Assembly (NCBI RefSeq): GCF_023055435.1
Contig: NW_025963779.1
Span: forward strand, 13,764,001-13,828,000
Origin: Haliotis rufescens
Lineage: Eukaryota
Length of the DNA: 64,000 nucleotides
Direction of reading: 5' to 3'
The translations under genes were made by a program, and so were the position numbers. Of this stretch, positions 50,110 to 63,126 are shown in pieces (the first letter of the stretch is position 1; each line of letters begins with the position of its first letter). The notes below the pieces were generated by a model. The model had not been told where the DNA came from and did no database searches. It saw only the letters and a program-made list of their open reading frames with translations.

Positions 50110-50840
50110 AACCTGCGTATTCCTCACAATTGAGTGTCACCAGAGGTTGCTGTCTGAACCTGCGTATTCCTCACGATTTGAGTGTCACCAGAGGCTGCTG
50201 TCTGAACCTGCGTATTCCTCACGATTTGAGTGTCACCAGAGGCTGCTGTCTGAACCTGCGTATTCCTCACGATTTGAGTGTCACCAGAGGTTGCTGTCTG
50301 AACCTGCGTATTCCTCACGATTTGAGTGTCACCAGAGGCTGCTGTCTGAACCTGCGTATTCCTCACGATTTGAGTGTCACCAGAGGCTGCTGTCTGAACC
50401 TGCGTATTCCTCACGATTTGAGTGTCACCAGAGGTTGCTGTCTGAACCTGCGTATTCCTCACGATTTGAGTGTCACCAGAGGTCGCTGTCTGAACCTGCG
50501 TTTTCCACACGATTTGAGTGTCACCAGAGGTCGCTGTCTGAACCGGTGTATTCCTCACGATTTGAGTGTCACCAGAGGTCGCTGTCTGAACCGGTGTATT
50601 CCTCACGATTTGAGTGTCACCAGAGGTTGCTGTCTGACCCGCGTATTCCTCACGATTTGAGTGTCACCGAGGTTGTTGTCTGAACCTGCGTATTCCTCAC
50701 AATTGAGAGTCATCAGAGGTCGCTGTCTGAAACTGCGTTTTCCTAACGATTTGACTCTCACCAGAGGTCGCTGTCTGAACCGGTGTTTTCCACACGATTT
50801 TAGCGTCACTAGAGGTCGCTGTCTGTACCTGCGTATTCCT
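50110..50840 (+). repeat. 48-bp minisatellite, ~15 copies
   Basis: Unit AACCTGCGTATTCCTCACGATTTGAGTGTCACCAGAGG(T/C)TGCTGTCTG. Confidence 0.96.
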
Positions 50841-51589
50841 AGCGTCTTTTCTATAGCCTTTCCCTATAAACCATTATCTGTGTCTGTATACCACTAGTGG
50901 CTGTATGCTGTATTCAACTACGGAACTGCACGTGTAAATCCCTTGCGTGTGTAGGCTGCATACTGTCCTGCCAAGACCGCCTTTATCAGTCACTATACAC
51001 CATGCATTATGCACGATAGTCCATTTCGACCTACGCTAAGTGGTTTCATTCTCAACATCAACTGACAAACTCGACGGTAAAGAGACAGTGATTGGTATCC
51101 GACAACCACAACAACCACTAAGCACTCCCCATCTGAAACGATTTGTGGTCTATTGTTGCCGATTTCAACGTTATTGAATCAGGAGCGCCCGTCTCTCGTT
51201 CTGTTGCACCAAATTGAGTGATGTCTCCAAGCAATCCAGCTGACATAAACGTTCTTCTACATGTGAAACAAGTAATGAGGATAATTGCTTAGAATTTTTT
51301 GGTTTTGATTTATCACTGTACTGTACCTCCGCCTCTTCTCTGTCCGTGTGTCGCCGCGAATAGCTGCAAGATTGATGATGCGGCGTTTAGCAGTTAGTAC
51401 TTACTCACTGTAAAGAATGATCTGCCATCCCACCTAGTGACGAGTATTTATGAAGCACTATCATCTACACCGGGGCCTCTTCTCGGGCGTGTCAGAAACC
51501 TATTACAGTGGGTTCGAATCGATTCGCCTTGATTATGTTTCCGAGTTTGTCAACACCATACTGAGCTCGTGGGTTTTATCAAAGTGTTA

Positions 51590-51885
51590 GCGCCGTTGTA
51601 TGCAACTGAAATACTGTTAGACGCTGTAATAAATAACTGAAATACTGTTATACGCCGTGATATATACAACTGAAATACTGTTCAAAGCTGTGTTATAAAA
51701 CTGAAACACTGTTAAACGCCGTGATATACAACTGAAAAAACTTATAAACGTTGTGATCTATGACTGAAATACTGTTAAACGCCGTGATATATAACTGAAA
51801 TACTGTTAAACGCCGAGACCTATAACTGAAATACTGTTAAACGCCGTGAAATATATAATACTGTTAAACGTCGTGATCTATAACT
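51590..51885 (+). repeat. ~30-bp minisatellite derived from the SINE B tail
   Basis: Unit ATAACTGAAATACTGTTAAACGCCGTGAT, directly following a decayed SINE B body at ~51485-51595. Confidence 0.85.
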
Positions 51886-52493
51886 TACGGTGACCCATAA
51901 GGGACATGGAGTCTGTTTTTCCATATTTTGATATTTCACTTACATTTATCGTAACCTTTTGCAAATTAACACGATTTGTCTTACAAATATGTGATAAATC
52001 ACGTGTAAAGAAGATATTGAATCGCTGAAAAACGAAACGAAAATGTCAAAAACTAAAATGAAAATGTCAAAAACACAAAACGAAAATGTCAAAAACTAAA
52101 ATGAAAATACAGAAAACTATTTCCACCGCAGTGTAAATATTATCACCGCGGTGTGAATATTATCACCATGGTGTGAATATTATCACCGCGGTGTAAATAT
52201 TACCACCGCAGTGGAAATAGTTTTCTATATTTTCATTTTCGTTTTTGACATTTTTGCTTTTGTTTTTGACATTTTCGTTTTAGTTTTTGACATTTTCGTT
52301 TTTGTTCTTTGCCATTTTCGTTTTAGTTTTTGACATTTTCGTTTCACTTTTCAGCGATTCAATATCTTCTTTACACATGATTTATCACATATTTGTAAAA
52401 CAAATCGTGTTAATTTGCAAAAGGTAACGATAAAAGTAAGTGAAATATCAAAATATGGAAAAACAGACTCCATGTCCCTTATGGGCCACCGTA
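51886..52493. mobile_element. IS3EU-like foldback MITE
   Basis: TACGG...CCGTA termini, 6-bp TSD ATAACT (51880-51885 and 52494-52499); ~240-bp arms containing ~20-bp subrepeats. Confidence 0.8.
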
Positions 52494-53045
52494 ATAACTG
52501 ACGAAAAAATGCACATCCAAACTATCGTCAGTATCGACTCGATCCGTGTCTTGGCTGACAGTGACCGTATCCAGCAATCTACGAATTTACCTTGGTGTCT
52601 GTTTGACGCATCTTTAATCACCTTTCAATAATCGGTCAGTTGATCAATGATGACTAACACATGTAACCGCTTCATTAACAACTTCGGAAATCCTCCCGTC
52701 ACGTTTATCGTGTCGGCCATTTTGACGTCTTGTACTTGATGTAACTGTATTACGACGCGCTGTCATTGTGACTGACTTACTGAGGTAGTTCATTACAGAC
52801 CTTTCTCATCTAATGATGATATTATTTGAGTACATTTGTTCTAAGGGAACTACAAAAGTTGTCCCTGTTGAGCATGTTGAGCAGATATAAGCACATGTCA
52901 CCTCTCGTTTTGAGGAACTATTTTATTCCAGTACAGCTGGTTGTTGTTTGGCTGTCAGTGTAAACATGAAGTCACACGTACCAAATAAAATTGTGTTTAG
53001 ATCTTGGCCTACATCCTTTGAGGTAAGAAATTGTTTTTAAAAATT

Positions 53046-53572
53046 ATAAGAATTGACTTTCACATTGTATGAATTCATTGGAGTATGAACCTTCATAGAG
53101 TGAGGGCCAAACATTGTATGAACGCCGTCGCAAGCTCCGACGTTCATACAGTCTGGCCCTCACTCTATGAAGGTTCATACTCCAATGGACTCACACAAAG
53201 TAAAAGTCAATTCTTAATTGACTGTGTAGGCGTGTCAAGTTATGCGCAATTAAACGATCACCTGATTCATGTTACGCCATGTCATGTCAGTATGAATTCC
53301 TACACCTGGAATGTTTATCAATCTCGTCATTTTTGTCTGTTTTGATATATACAACTGTTTTTGGTTTAACTATTGTAGATAAAACATGTTTTACGCTGTC
53401 GAATTTAATAATAAGCATTGACTGTGTATTTTTTCGGTTCATTGAGGTATGAATCAAAAAGCCGATGTGCAAACTTTTATAAGAATCCGCTACACAGATT
53501 CATACAGTTTGCACATCGCTTTTTCAGTCCATACCTCAATGAACCGAAAAAAATACACAGTCAATTCTTAAA
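53046..53572. repeat. Two adjacent ~160-bp palindromes sharing (T)AAGAATTGACT-type ends
   Basis: 53046-53217 and 53412-53572 each fold back on themselves. Confidence 0.7.
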
Positions 53573-53685
53573 TGAACGTCAATTTCGCGGTCATGTAACC
53601 TATCTCTCGTCCAATGGTAAAGCCGTATATCGTGTAAACTTCAAATTAAAAAATTATAACTGGAATACTGTTAAACGCCGTGATA

Positions 53686-54210
53686 TATACTCACACGCAA
53701 AAGAAACGCAAGTAGTTTTAAGAAAATAGGTAACAAACACGGAACCATAAATTGATACGAGTTTTAGCATGTAGTGAAGCCTGATGGTGTTATCAATATT
53801 TTTGGTTGCATTTTGGAAGCCCCGACTAAAAACGCAACATAAAAAAACGAATCGCCAAAACGCACCATTTCAATGAATATGTGGGTATCATGCAACCATT
53901 TCTCGCGAAATTGAAAATGCACGAACTGTAGTGGGTATAAAACTGTGGCCGATTCTTGGACCTACCACTCCTTGGTCAACAATGCAACGCCTAACTCAAA
54001 TTCAGAGAAACGGACTTTTGGAAGCTGGAGAGTCTGTCCAAGATGTTGCCCGTCATGTCAACGTTAACATAACCACAATTTACCATCTCCTGCATCGATA
54101 CAATGCAGGGTCATCACAATTGGCGTCATCGTGAGTGCATGGAGGCGTGTCATCTTCTCTGATGAAAGTCACTTTTGTGTCTCCCATCGAGGTGATCGTT
54201 TCGTCTATGA
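53686..54210 (+). mobile_element. Truncated, internally deleted Tc1-like element
   Basis: Left end TATACTC...AAAAGAAACGC; remnants LLEAGESVQDVARH and WRRVIFSDESHF. Confidence 0.75.
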
Positions 54211-55095
54211 GACGTCACGTTTGTTTAGAGTCTGCCTGTCCTGTCATAACGTTACGAAGTGCATTAGGTGTACAAACAGCGATAAAACGAAACATGGTAA
54301 CAATTCGTACATATTTCGGCCACATCCAACTCTTTTAATTTGTGGAAAAAGGTTCCAAGCCGCAGAGGTCTACAAGCAAAGATATGGAAATTGATCGCTG
54401 GCGTTAGTCTAGTGTCCTCGCTAAATTGTTTCGCAATTTATATCTCCAAAGTTGCGAAAACTTGTAAAATGCATTAGCTTCGTCACAGTTAGACACTGAT
54501 ATTCAGTATATCAGATTATCCTTTTGATAATGATAGCAATTATCCCCGTAGTTTCTCCAGATTCCCGATGGTTACTTCCGACTCGATCGCCGAATGAGAA
54601 GGGCGACGCCATGTTTGTGTGTAACACTGAAAATAGTCCTTACTCGACTTGCTATTTGCATCTCTAACCGCATATGACCCCAACGGATATCGTTAATATC
54701 CAATGATATCGTTTTTATCCGTTGGCTTTATCATGCCGAGAAACCTACCCATTATATGATAAATTGCGATAATCACACTTCTGTGCGCATAATTTTCTGC
54801 CATGGGGACACGTGCCGTTGCCTTCCTCACCTACTCTTCACTTCACAATGACTCCCTAGTTTAGTCGATTGGTCGTGACAAAGGCGTGAGTACGCGTATC
54901 CTGTACACATTATCGTTAACGCTGTTACGAATAGATTGCTATTGCGCTAATGAAAATACCATAACGGATTAATTTACGACCAGCACAGTCTCCCATACTT
55001 ATTCATAGACTTACGATATACTCGTGGCACTAATTAAGATGGCCTTTTCGAAAGCGTCAAATGAATGAGGTCTTGAGCGGAGAGGAGGCGCGGCA

Positions 55096-55374
55096 GTCAC
55101 GGGTGGCCCAGTCGTCTAAGGCGCCGCGATTCGCTGTGCAGAGTCGCGTCCCTTGGGCACGCCAGAAACCTATGATTGAGGGTTCGTATCCCGGTTCGCC
55201 CCGATTATGTTTCTAGGTTTGTCAGCACTATACCCGTGCCCGTGGGTTTCACCGAAGTGGTAAACGTCTAAGACCTGCATCACTTCGGGCTTTCCTCCCA
55301 CACTAAGCTGACACGCCGCGATATAACTGGAATACTGTTAAAAGCGGCGTTAAACCCAACTCCCTCACTCACTC
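55096..55374 (+). mobile_element. SINE family B
   Basis: Near-identical to the reverse complement of 7118-7397. Confidence 0.9.
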
Positions 55375-55503
55375 CAATTTATGTGCACATGAGGGAATGG
55401 TCTCTTTGTCGGATCGGGACTGTTGTTGGACTCTTCGTTATCTGAACCATCCCATCAATTGCACTTTAATTATCTTGAATTGCTGTAACCTTACTTTACC
55501 AAA

Positions 55504-55780
55504 GGGGGCACGGGTGGCCCAGTCGTCTATGGCGCCGCAAGTCGCCGTGCAGAGTTGCGTCCTATGGCACACCAGAAACCTATGATCGTGTTAAATCCCT
55601 GTTCGCCCGGTTATTTTTCTAGTATAGGTTTGTCAGCGCCAGACCCATGCGCGTGGCTTTCAACAAAGTGGAAAATGTCTGAGGCCTGCATCACTTCCGG
55701 CTTTTCTCCTACATTAAACTGTAAGGCGGTTTATAACCGGAAGACTGTTAAAGGCGGCGTTGAACCCAACTCACTCACTC
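55504..55780 (+). mobile_element. SINE family B (diverged)
   Basis: Same head, body and tail, more substitutions. Confidence 0.85.
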
Positions 55781-55884
55781 AGTACTTTACATAATGCATA
55801 TGCTCTTGCATGAACCAATCCATCAAATGCATTTTCATGAAAAATTCCAACCACAATTTAGCAAAATGCTTATTAAGGATAGGA

Positions 55885-55960
55885 TTTATGGATGCATAAC
55901 TTCTTTATTTACTATTAAGAGCGCCTATTTCGGTGTAGGTTCTAACACCGTTATCAAGCA
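55885..55960 (-). ncRNA. Minimal hammerhead-like motif (U3-A8 core variant), Penelope-like terminal remnant
   Basis: Minus strand TTGATAA-C-GGTGT(tagaacct)ACACC-GAAA followed by AATAAAGAAGTT; related partial copy at ~61605-61665. Confidence 0.55.
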
Positions 55961-58076
55961 AGTGATGATGCATATGTTGTCGCATGAACGAATCCATCAA
56001 ATGCATTTTAATTAATCGTTCTGCATGGCTTCAATTTAACAGAATGCATTTGTTGTCGCATGAACCTATCCACCAAATGCCTTTAAATTAATCGTTCTAG
56101 CGTCAATTTATACATATGCTATTGCAAGATCTTGAAAACAATGCATTCTAAAGCTAAGCGCTGATTAGGTGCAATAATCTTACTTCCCTAATAAAATCTA
56201 TAGTAGAAATGCAGAGAAATATATTTATTTCGAATTTGATATATCATTATCGCGATGTATCTTTCTAGTCGGATAACTTTGTGTGGTAGCAAAATGACTT
56301 CGAGTAAATGAGGTGTAACATTATTGTCCATTTAAAAAACATTTAATTTCTGAAATAGAAAAGAAACTGTCGCCCTTATTTTGCTTAATAAACAATTTGT
56401 ACATTTGTATCAGTGTCATTTATATCTATTTAGTTGTGTATTTTGTGTCGCAGATCAACTTCGGTGCTTAATTATGCGAACATGGTATGCATAAGTTCGC
56501 TGTCGCGTCTTATCTATGATATCAGATAACTTGGATATATTTTCGCCTTCACTCGACGGAAACGGCATCTCGTTATCGTAACCTTCCGCCGACTATCGAT
56601 TCCTTCTGATTGAGATTGCTACAACGGGTCAACTACAGGTCAAAGTGTGGCGACACATTCGGTCCGGAAGCGCCTAATTACAACACAGCGCTTCCGCGTC
56701 CGTTAACTTCATACGTCAGAACGAAGACGTATATACGTGTATGTACGTCTTTGGCCAGAGTTAAGCGACGCAGAGGTTACGAAAGTTACAAATTAGAGAA
56801 CGTCTTTGTGGAGATCATATTCACACAAGTATAATTTTATATGCGCACACACAAACACATACACGCACGCACGCACGCACGCACGCACGCGCGCGCACAC
56901 ACCTGTAATAAATTATCAGTCCCTAATTAATGTTCAATTTAGAACATTTTGATTTGAATAAAAAAGGACTATATATCATTTCTCAATTTCAATTCCACCC
57001 CACCCACCCCAAAATTAGAATAAAAATTATTATAGTTGTGATAAATTTTGGAACGCCCTTCTTTTCCTGTGTCAGTTTCTCATCACCCCCTGCTCAATTC
57101 TCCAAACCCAATCTCGCCCCCAACCCCACCCCACCCCTGTAGTCAATGACCAGTCCCTAATTATATTCTGGTAATAATACGTCATTGGGGAGACGCTTGA
57201 TGGACATGCCTTTAAGTGGCAATTAAGAAACTCTGTAGCATGTTTTTGTTCCGCCCAATTTTAGTTCCGACCAGGACAAATATCAGGATTAAATACATAA
57301 AATTGCATTGAAATGTTCCGACCCTGTAGTGAAAAGGTTTTTTTTGCGGTTGACGTTAACAAAGGTTTTGGTGTGTTTATGAGCGATGTTTCCGTGTGTT
57401 GTTAATGTGCAACATAAAAAAGGAAACTAAGACATGCAATCGCAATACAAATAAACATAATCTAAAAGAAAAACAAAAGAATATGATGAAAAAGAAAAGC
57501 ATGAAACAAATACCGATAGTTAGTTAATGATAAAGGCAAATGTGAAAACATGTAATTATGACAGAAACAGATAGAATGCAGCGCCCCAAACGCAACCGAA
57601 ATCGTAGGTACTGTTGCACGAGATTTCCAAGCAATAATCGTGTTTATGTAAAAATAAATAAACAAAATGCAGTCGCCAGTGAATACTACGGCTGTCGCAA
57701 TGAATTATCACGAACACTTAACGGAAAATGAGGTTTTTATACCATGGTAACAGATATATATTAAAAATGATTTTTTTGTTTTTTTTCCAAAATGTTAACG
57801 AAATGTCAAATAAGAATTTTCACACATAAAGCATGTTCCAACCGGAACTTGTACTTGAATACATTTCAAATATTTGTTCCATGCTTAAAATTCAGGTATT
57901 CTTTCTCTCTCAAAGAAGACAAAACAACAAGAAAAAGAAAATAACTAAGTCCCATTTTTAATGTAGCCCAATCACAAAATCCCTCAGGCATTTGACAGTT
58001 TCACAAGGTAGAACATACAGTATGTTTGGTTTACTGGAAAGTTGGATAAGTTGAAAGCAAGAAAGTATTTATTCTA

Positions 58077-59550
58077 TATTCAACAACAAAAGAGTCCTTT
58101 TCAAACAAGTAAAGTTTGGTTTTAAAAATGGTAGTACAAGTATGGAATCAGGTCACAAAAATGCAACTGCAACAGAAAAGCATGCATTCCATGCAAAAGT
58201 TGACTTTTATGCAAGCCCCATGCATTTCACTACCCAAGAATGGGTATAAAAACATGTGCGAGAACGGGATTCCATATGCATTGTTTAGCATCGTGCTGAC
58301 AACAACCACTCAGAAAAACAACAAAATTACGCAATTGTTCAACATTACGAAATGCCACGCCTGTCCGAAAATGAGCGTCTGCGAGTCATTGGTGTGCTTG
58401 AAGCAGGATCGAGTCAACGTGATGTTGCAAGACAATGTAACGTCCACAGAAACACCATCTGGTGTTTATGGCAACGTTGGCAACAGACGAATGCAGTCAG
58501 AGACTATCCTCGGAGTGGCAGGCCAAGCGTAACCAATAATCGACAAGACAACTGGATTCGTACGAAATCGATTCCAGCCAGCAACAGTGACTGCAAGAAG
58601 CACCCCTGGCCTTCGATGAATATCTTCACAAACCGTACGTCGCCGCCTCATATGTGCAGGGATTGTCGCCAGAAGACCTGCCAGACGTCCCATTTTGACA
58701 GGAAACCACCGTCAAGCACGTCTACAGTGGTGCAGACAGCGTCTACGCTGGACGGCCATGCCGTGGGGCAAGTTCTATTCACTGACGAGTCTCGTTTTCA
58801 CCTCAGCCACAGCGATGGACGGATTCGAGTGTACCGACGTCGAGGTGAACGTTACGTCAATCATTATGTCATGGAAGAAGTTGGGTTCGGGGGCGGCAGC
58901 GTTATGGTATGGGGTGGGATTGCAGCAAGACAGAGAACCCGTTTGATAGTGGTAGAGGGAAATCTCAATGGACAGAGCTACCGCGACGAGATCATCGGCC
59001 CTGTTGTTCTACCGTTTTTGCGTCGTCATGGCCCAGGCACTACCTTTCAACATGACAACGCCCGGCCTCATATTGCTCGACTTGTTCAGGATTCTCTTCA
59101 ACAAACAACGTGAATGTCATCCCCTGACCGGCTCGCTCCCCTGATCTCTCACCAATCGAGCACATGTGGGATGAGATGGATCGGCGCCTTTGACGTCAAC
59201 CACGTGTTCCATAGACACTCCAGGAACTTCGAAACATGCTCCAGCAGATATGGACAGATATCCCACAGGACTTTGTGCGACGCCTGGTCCATTCCATGAG
59301 ACGAAAAGTGTTGCTTGCATCGCAACCAGAGGTTGACACACACGCTATTGATTTGTAAGTTGACATTTTGGCATGTTCATGTTTTCATTAATGAAATCAC
59401 GCATTTTCTGAAGTCAGTATGGTATTAAACCATTTGAAAACTAACAGGAGTATTTTATCTTTTGCAAACCGAAATTGTTTCAGATTTGGTAAAAAGCATA
59501 ACTTTGCATTAAATCTTATTCAATGTCACAGGAACTTTTGTTGTTCAGTA
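58077..59550 (+). mobile_element. Tc1/mariner (DD34E) DNA transposon, full length, frameshifted transposase 58352-59351
   Basis: TA TSD; imperfect TIRs TATTCAACAACAAAAG / CTTTTGTTGTTCAGTA; HTH N-terminus, RSGRP, FTDESRF, GGGSVMVWG, FQHDNAR, SPDLSPIEH; at least three frameshifts. Confidence 0.92.
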
Positions 59551-60873
59551 TAGATTTTCTACATATAGGCCAAGGTTTTTTTGTGAATCATAGAGAATTT
59601 AACCCTCGAGGAGGAGAAGCAGTGTGTATACATACTTCTACTGTGAATGGTGTCAAAAGAGTTATTACTGAATACACGGATATTAGTTTTTGTCGTTTTT
59701 GACAAAACTGTATTCCCATTTGACCAATGTGTTGTTATTGCTTCTGTTCATGTACACCCCGCAAATACACCAATGCAGACTGATAATAGGTTCTTCAAAG
59801 GTATAGAATACTTCGAAAGATCTCTTATAGCCGTTATCAGAAACCATATACTGATACATGGTCTCTGTCGTTATATATGACGCGTATATACTCCCTGCCC
59901 ATTTACGACATATCATGTTTGTACAGTCTGTACACACGACTTATTTATATTATGTGATCGTGTTTATTTTGTTTGACAAAACGCATATTACGCCCATTAG
60001 TATTATTTGTTTAATTACCAAGATATTGGCCTCCGTTGTTGGTTAAGAAATGTATTTTGAAACAGACGATAGATAGTCACCGACGAGGTCAAAGGTCTAA
60101 GTTATGGGAAGGTGAAGGACGTCAAACACATGACTCAGGAAGTGGTGAGTGTTAGGAGACTAACGAGTGAGAGAACCAATATGGTAGATTCAATGACAGA
60201 ATCACAGACTTGTAGAAAATACTGCATGGATTACCGACCGACTTACCTAAGACTTCCAGGGTTTGCGCAGAACTTTTCTATATCTCAAATATCTGTAACA
60301 TGTCTGTGTGGGTTGTAAGGGGAGACAATCAGACATGTCCATGGTCCAAGTTTCTACAAATTCCCGAGGTGACCCGGATAGGAACAGGTGCATGGTTGGT
60401 GCTAACACGGTCGTGTCTGTTAATAGATGAACAGCTGAATATAGGGCAGTGTGACATAGACTTGTTCCCCGATGACGGCAGATGAAATTTCTGATTCATT
60501 TTGAAGCACCTGACCACATTTGAAGCACAGCCAAAGTCCAGGGTCCCGTTCAGCAATGCGATCTTAGCGCTACGACTGACGGAAGTCTGCATTTGAAGGA
60601 TGGAAGTTACGATCGTCCTAGCACTACATGTCATTGTGGAACGGGACGCTGATCAGCTGACAACACACTTTTACCTTAAAATGCCGGAAATCACATTTCA
60701 GAGCTTTTAAACTAAGACCATCCAGAGTAGTGTCAGAGACCAAACAAATTAAAATGAATTTATTTTATGATCTCGTAGTGTCGATTAAAACAGTCCACAT
60801 GTCACAGTGATTGCGTATATCCATTGTTTAATGTGACATTCTACATTATTCCACATACCCAGTTCATCAGGAT

Positions 60874-61163
60874 TGGGGGGGGGCAGGGGTGGCCCAGTCG
60901 TCTAAGGTGCCGCGATTCGCTGTGCAGAGTTGCGTCTCTTGGGCACGCCAGAAACCTATGATTGTGGGTTCGAATCCCGGTTCGCTCCAATTATGTTTCT
61001 AGGTTTGTCAGCACCATACCCGTGCTCGTGAGTTTCACCCAAGTGGTAAACATCTGAGACCTGCATCACTTCGGGCTTTCCTCCCACATTAAGCTGACAC
61101 GCCGTGATATAACTGGAATACTGTTAAAAGCGGCGTTAAACCCAACTCACACACACACACACA
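60874..61163 (+). mobile_element. SINE family B
   Basis: Full length; 9-bp TSD CATCAGGAT (60865-60873 and 61164-61172); (CA)n tail. Confidence 0.9.
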
Positions 61164-62009
61164 CATCAGGATGGCCTATAAATAATGAAGTCTAGACTAG
61201 GGCTGGGACGGATCACTTGAGTACTTGGTCGGGTGGGTACTGAGTAGGACCCGAGTACCCACAGTACTAACCAGACCCGTGGTTAGTCACATGACATATT
61301 GTTTAATGACAAAAATTATCTCGAACTCTATGGTTACACTATAAGTCACTAATGTTTGCATTTCTTTCTGACTATACACCCATTCCTTCTGACCTTCATA
61401 TGTTTGAATAAAGATATAACTTCAGTGAACATCAGTGTATGAATGACCAGATCGTTTTTCACTTGTATCTAAAGACATTTTGCCAGAGCTACAGTCAAAC
61501 TATTCCCAATTGAACACTGTGTACCAAACTCTTGAGACCGGGTAGGGTTGGGTAATAGCAGAGTGCTTCAATCAATTTGATTGTTCAATCAGAGTAAGGA
61601 TAAGGCATATGGATGACCACCTCCTTATTACAATCAGGAGCGAAGTTTCAGTGTAGGTTCTAAACTTGACGCTGTGCATCCGGTTCCCAATTAAATTTAG
61701 CAGGGTTAAATCTACAGGTGACCTAGCTCTACATTGAAAAAGCAGTGTGTTTATGTTCTAATTTTATATTCTGTCATGACCTGTAAATGTTTTGAAAAGT
61801 ATATGTTAATTTACAATTATTTGTGTCAATAGAGATGTGATAGCGTCACAATCATTGCTCAGTACGTACACGTTCTGGACTAACATTTCGTTCCAGAAAT
61901 AAAGTTATCTTATTTAAAAATATACATCAACAAAATGAAAAGTTAAATCCAAATAGAGCCCAGAACAATTCTTAATTCATTCTAGACTTGATTGGGATTT
62001 AATGTTTGA

Positions 62010-62177
62010 TGGGGCTGTGGGGTAGCCTAGTGGTTAAAGCTTTGGCTTATCAAGTTGAAGGCCCGAGTTCGATTCCCGACATGTGTACAATGTGTGAAGC
62101 CCATTTTCCGGTGTCCCCCACCATGATATTGCTGGAATATTGCTAAAAGGGGCACAAAACCATACTCACTCTCTCAC
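62010..62177 (+). mobile_element. SINE family A (diverged)
   Basis: Family A sequence. Confidence 0.85.
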
Positions 62178-62355
62178 TAATTTTTAGTTTAATCTCTAGG
62201 GTCTGGTAGAAAGACTAAACAAATCTAAGCATGTAAAGTTCCCTAGTTTATTCTCTCACGTCCATTCACAGTTACTGGTAATTGCCTGCCAGATGAATTG
62301 TATACCTGGGTAGAAAATCAAAAAAGCAGTAAATTTGTTTATTGGTGATAATTAT

Positions 62356-62803
62356 TAGGGCTGTGTATTGACCTGGATTTTGTATTGCAATATATTGCCT
62401 TACTTTAAGCTGTATTGTGATATGCATTGCAATATATTGCCAATTTACATTTTCATTATACCCTGTATTAATGTCCGATACCATAAATCTGTGTCCCTCA
62501 CTATTTTTCCTTTTCAGTGAATAAATGTATGATAAAGAGATTAAAGAATAAAAACAAAACAAGAGGAGCTTGATAGTCGCAATGTGTACACGCTAATTGA
62601 TAAAAAGATCTTCAGAGGCAAGTTGTATCAGATAAGATACTTGTAAGATACTTTTTTCCATCTCCATATCGTTTAGGAACACATAAATATACTTTTTTAT
62701 ATTTGCCCAAATATATTTCTACATTTACAAACGTATCGCAATACGTATTGCTGAAGATTTGCACCACAATATACCAGTGTACCGGTAATACTGCACACCC
62801 TTA
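62356..62803. mobile_element. hAT-like MITE
   Basis: TAGGGCTGTG...CACACCCTTA ends; 8-bp TSD ATAATTAT. Confidence 0.7.
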
Positions 62804-63126
62804 ATAATTATTAACAAAAACAATCCTAATCTGAGGGCTAACTAGATTTAATTAAGTAACTAAGATTACATAAAAAAACATGTTTCTCAGGTACTTGAAA
62901 AAGTGGGGAGGGCGGTATGACCTTTGAAATATTATTTATTGAAAACAAAGTGAGGAGGGAGGAACACACACATTTTGGATCATGGCGTATATCATTTGAT
63001 GCATGAATGTTTTCAAAAATGTTTTATTGGCAATAAAAAGTAATGTTGTGCCGGAGTTAAATTGACATGCCGATTTCCTGAGAAACTTTTCCCTGTTTTT
63101 AGCCTTTTTTAAGTATTGAATTGGTA

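Noticed and set aside
50124-50683. Mucin-like 16-aa repeat ORFs
   Set aside because: The 48-bp unit is open in several frames on both strands, with no supportable splice sites or unique coding flanks.
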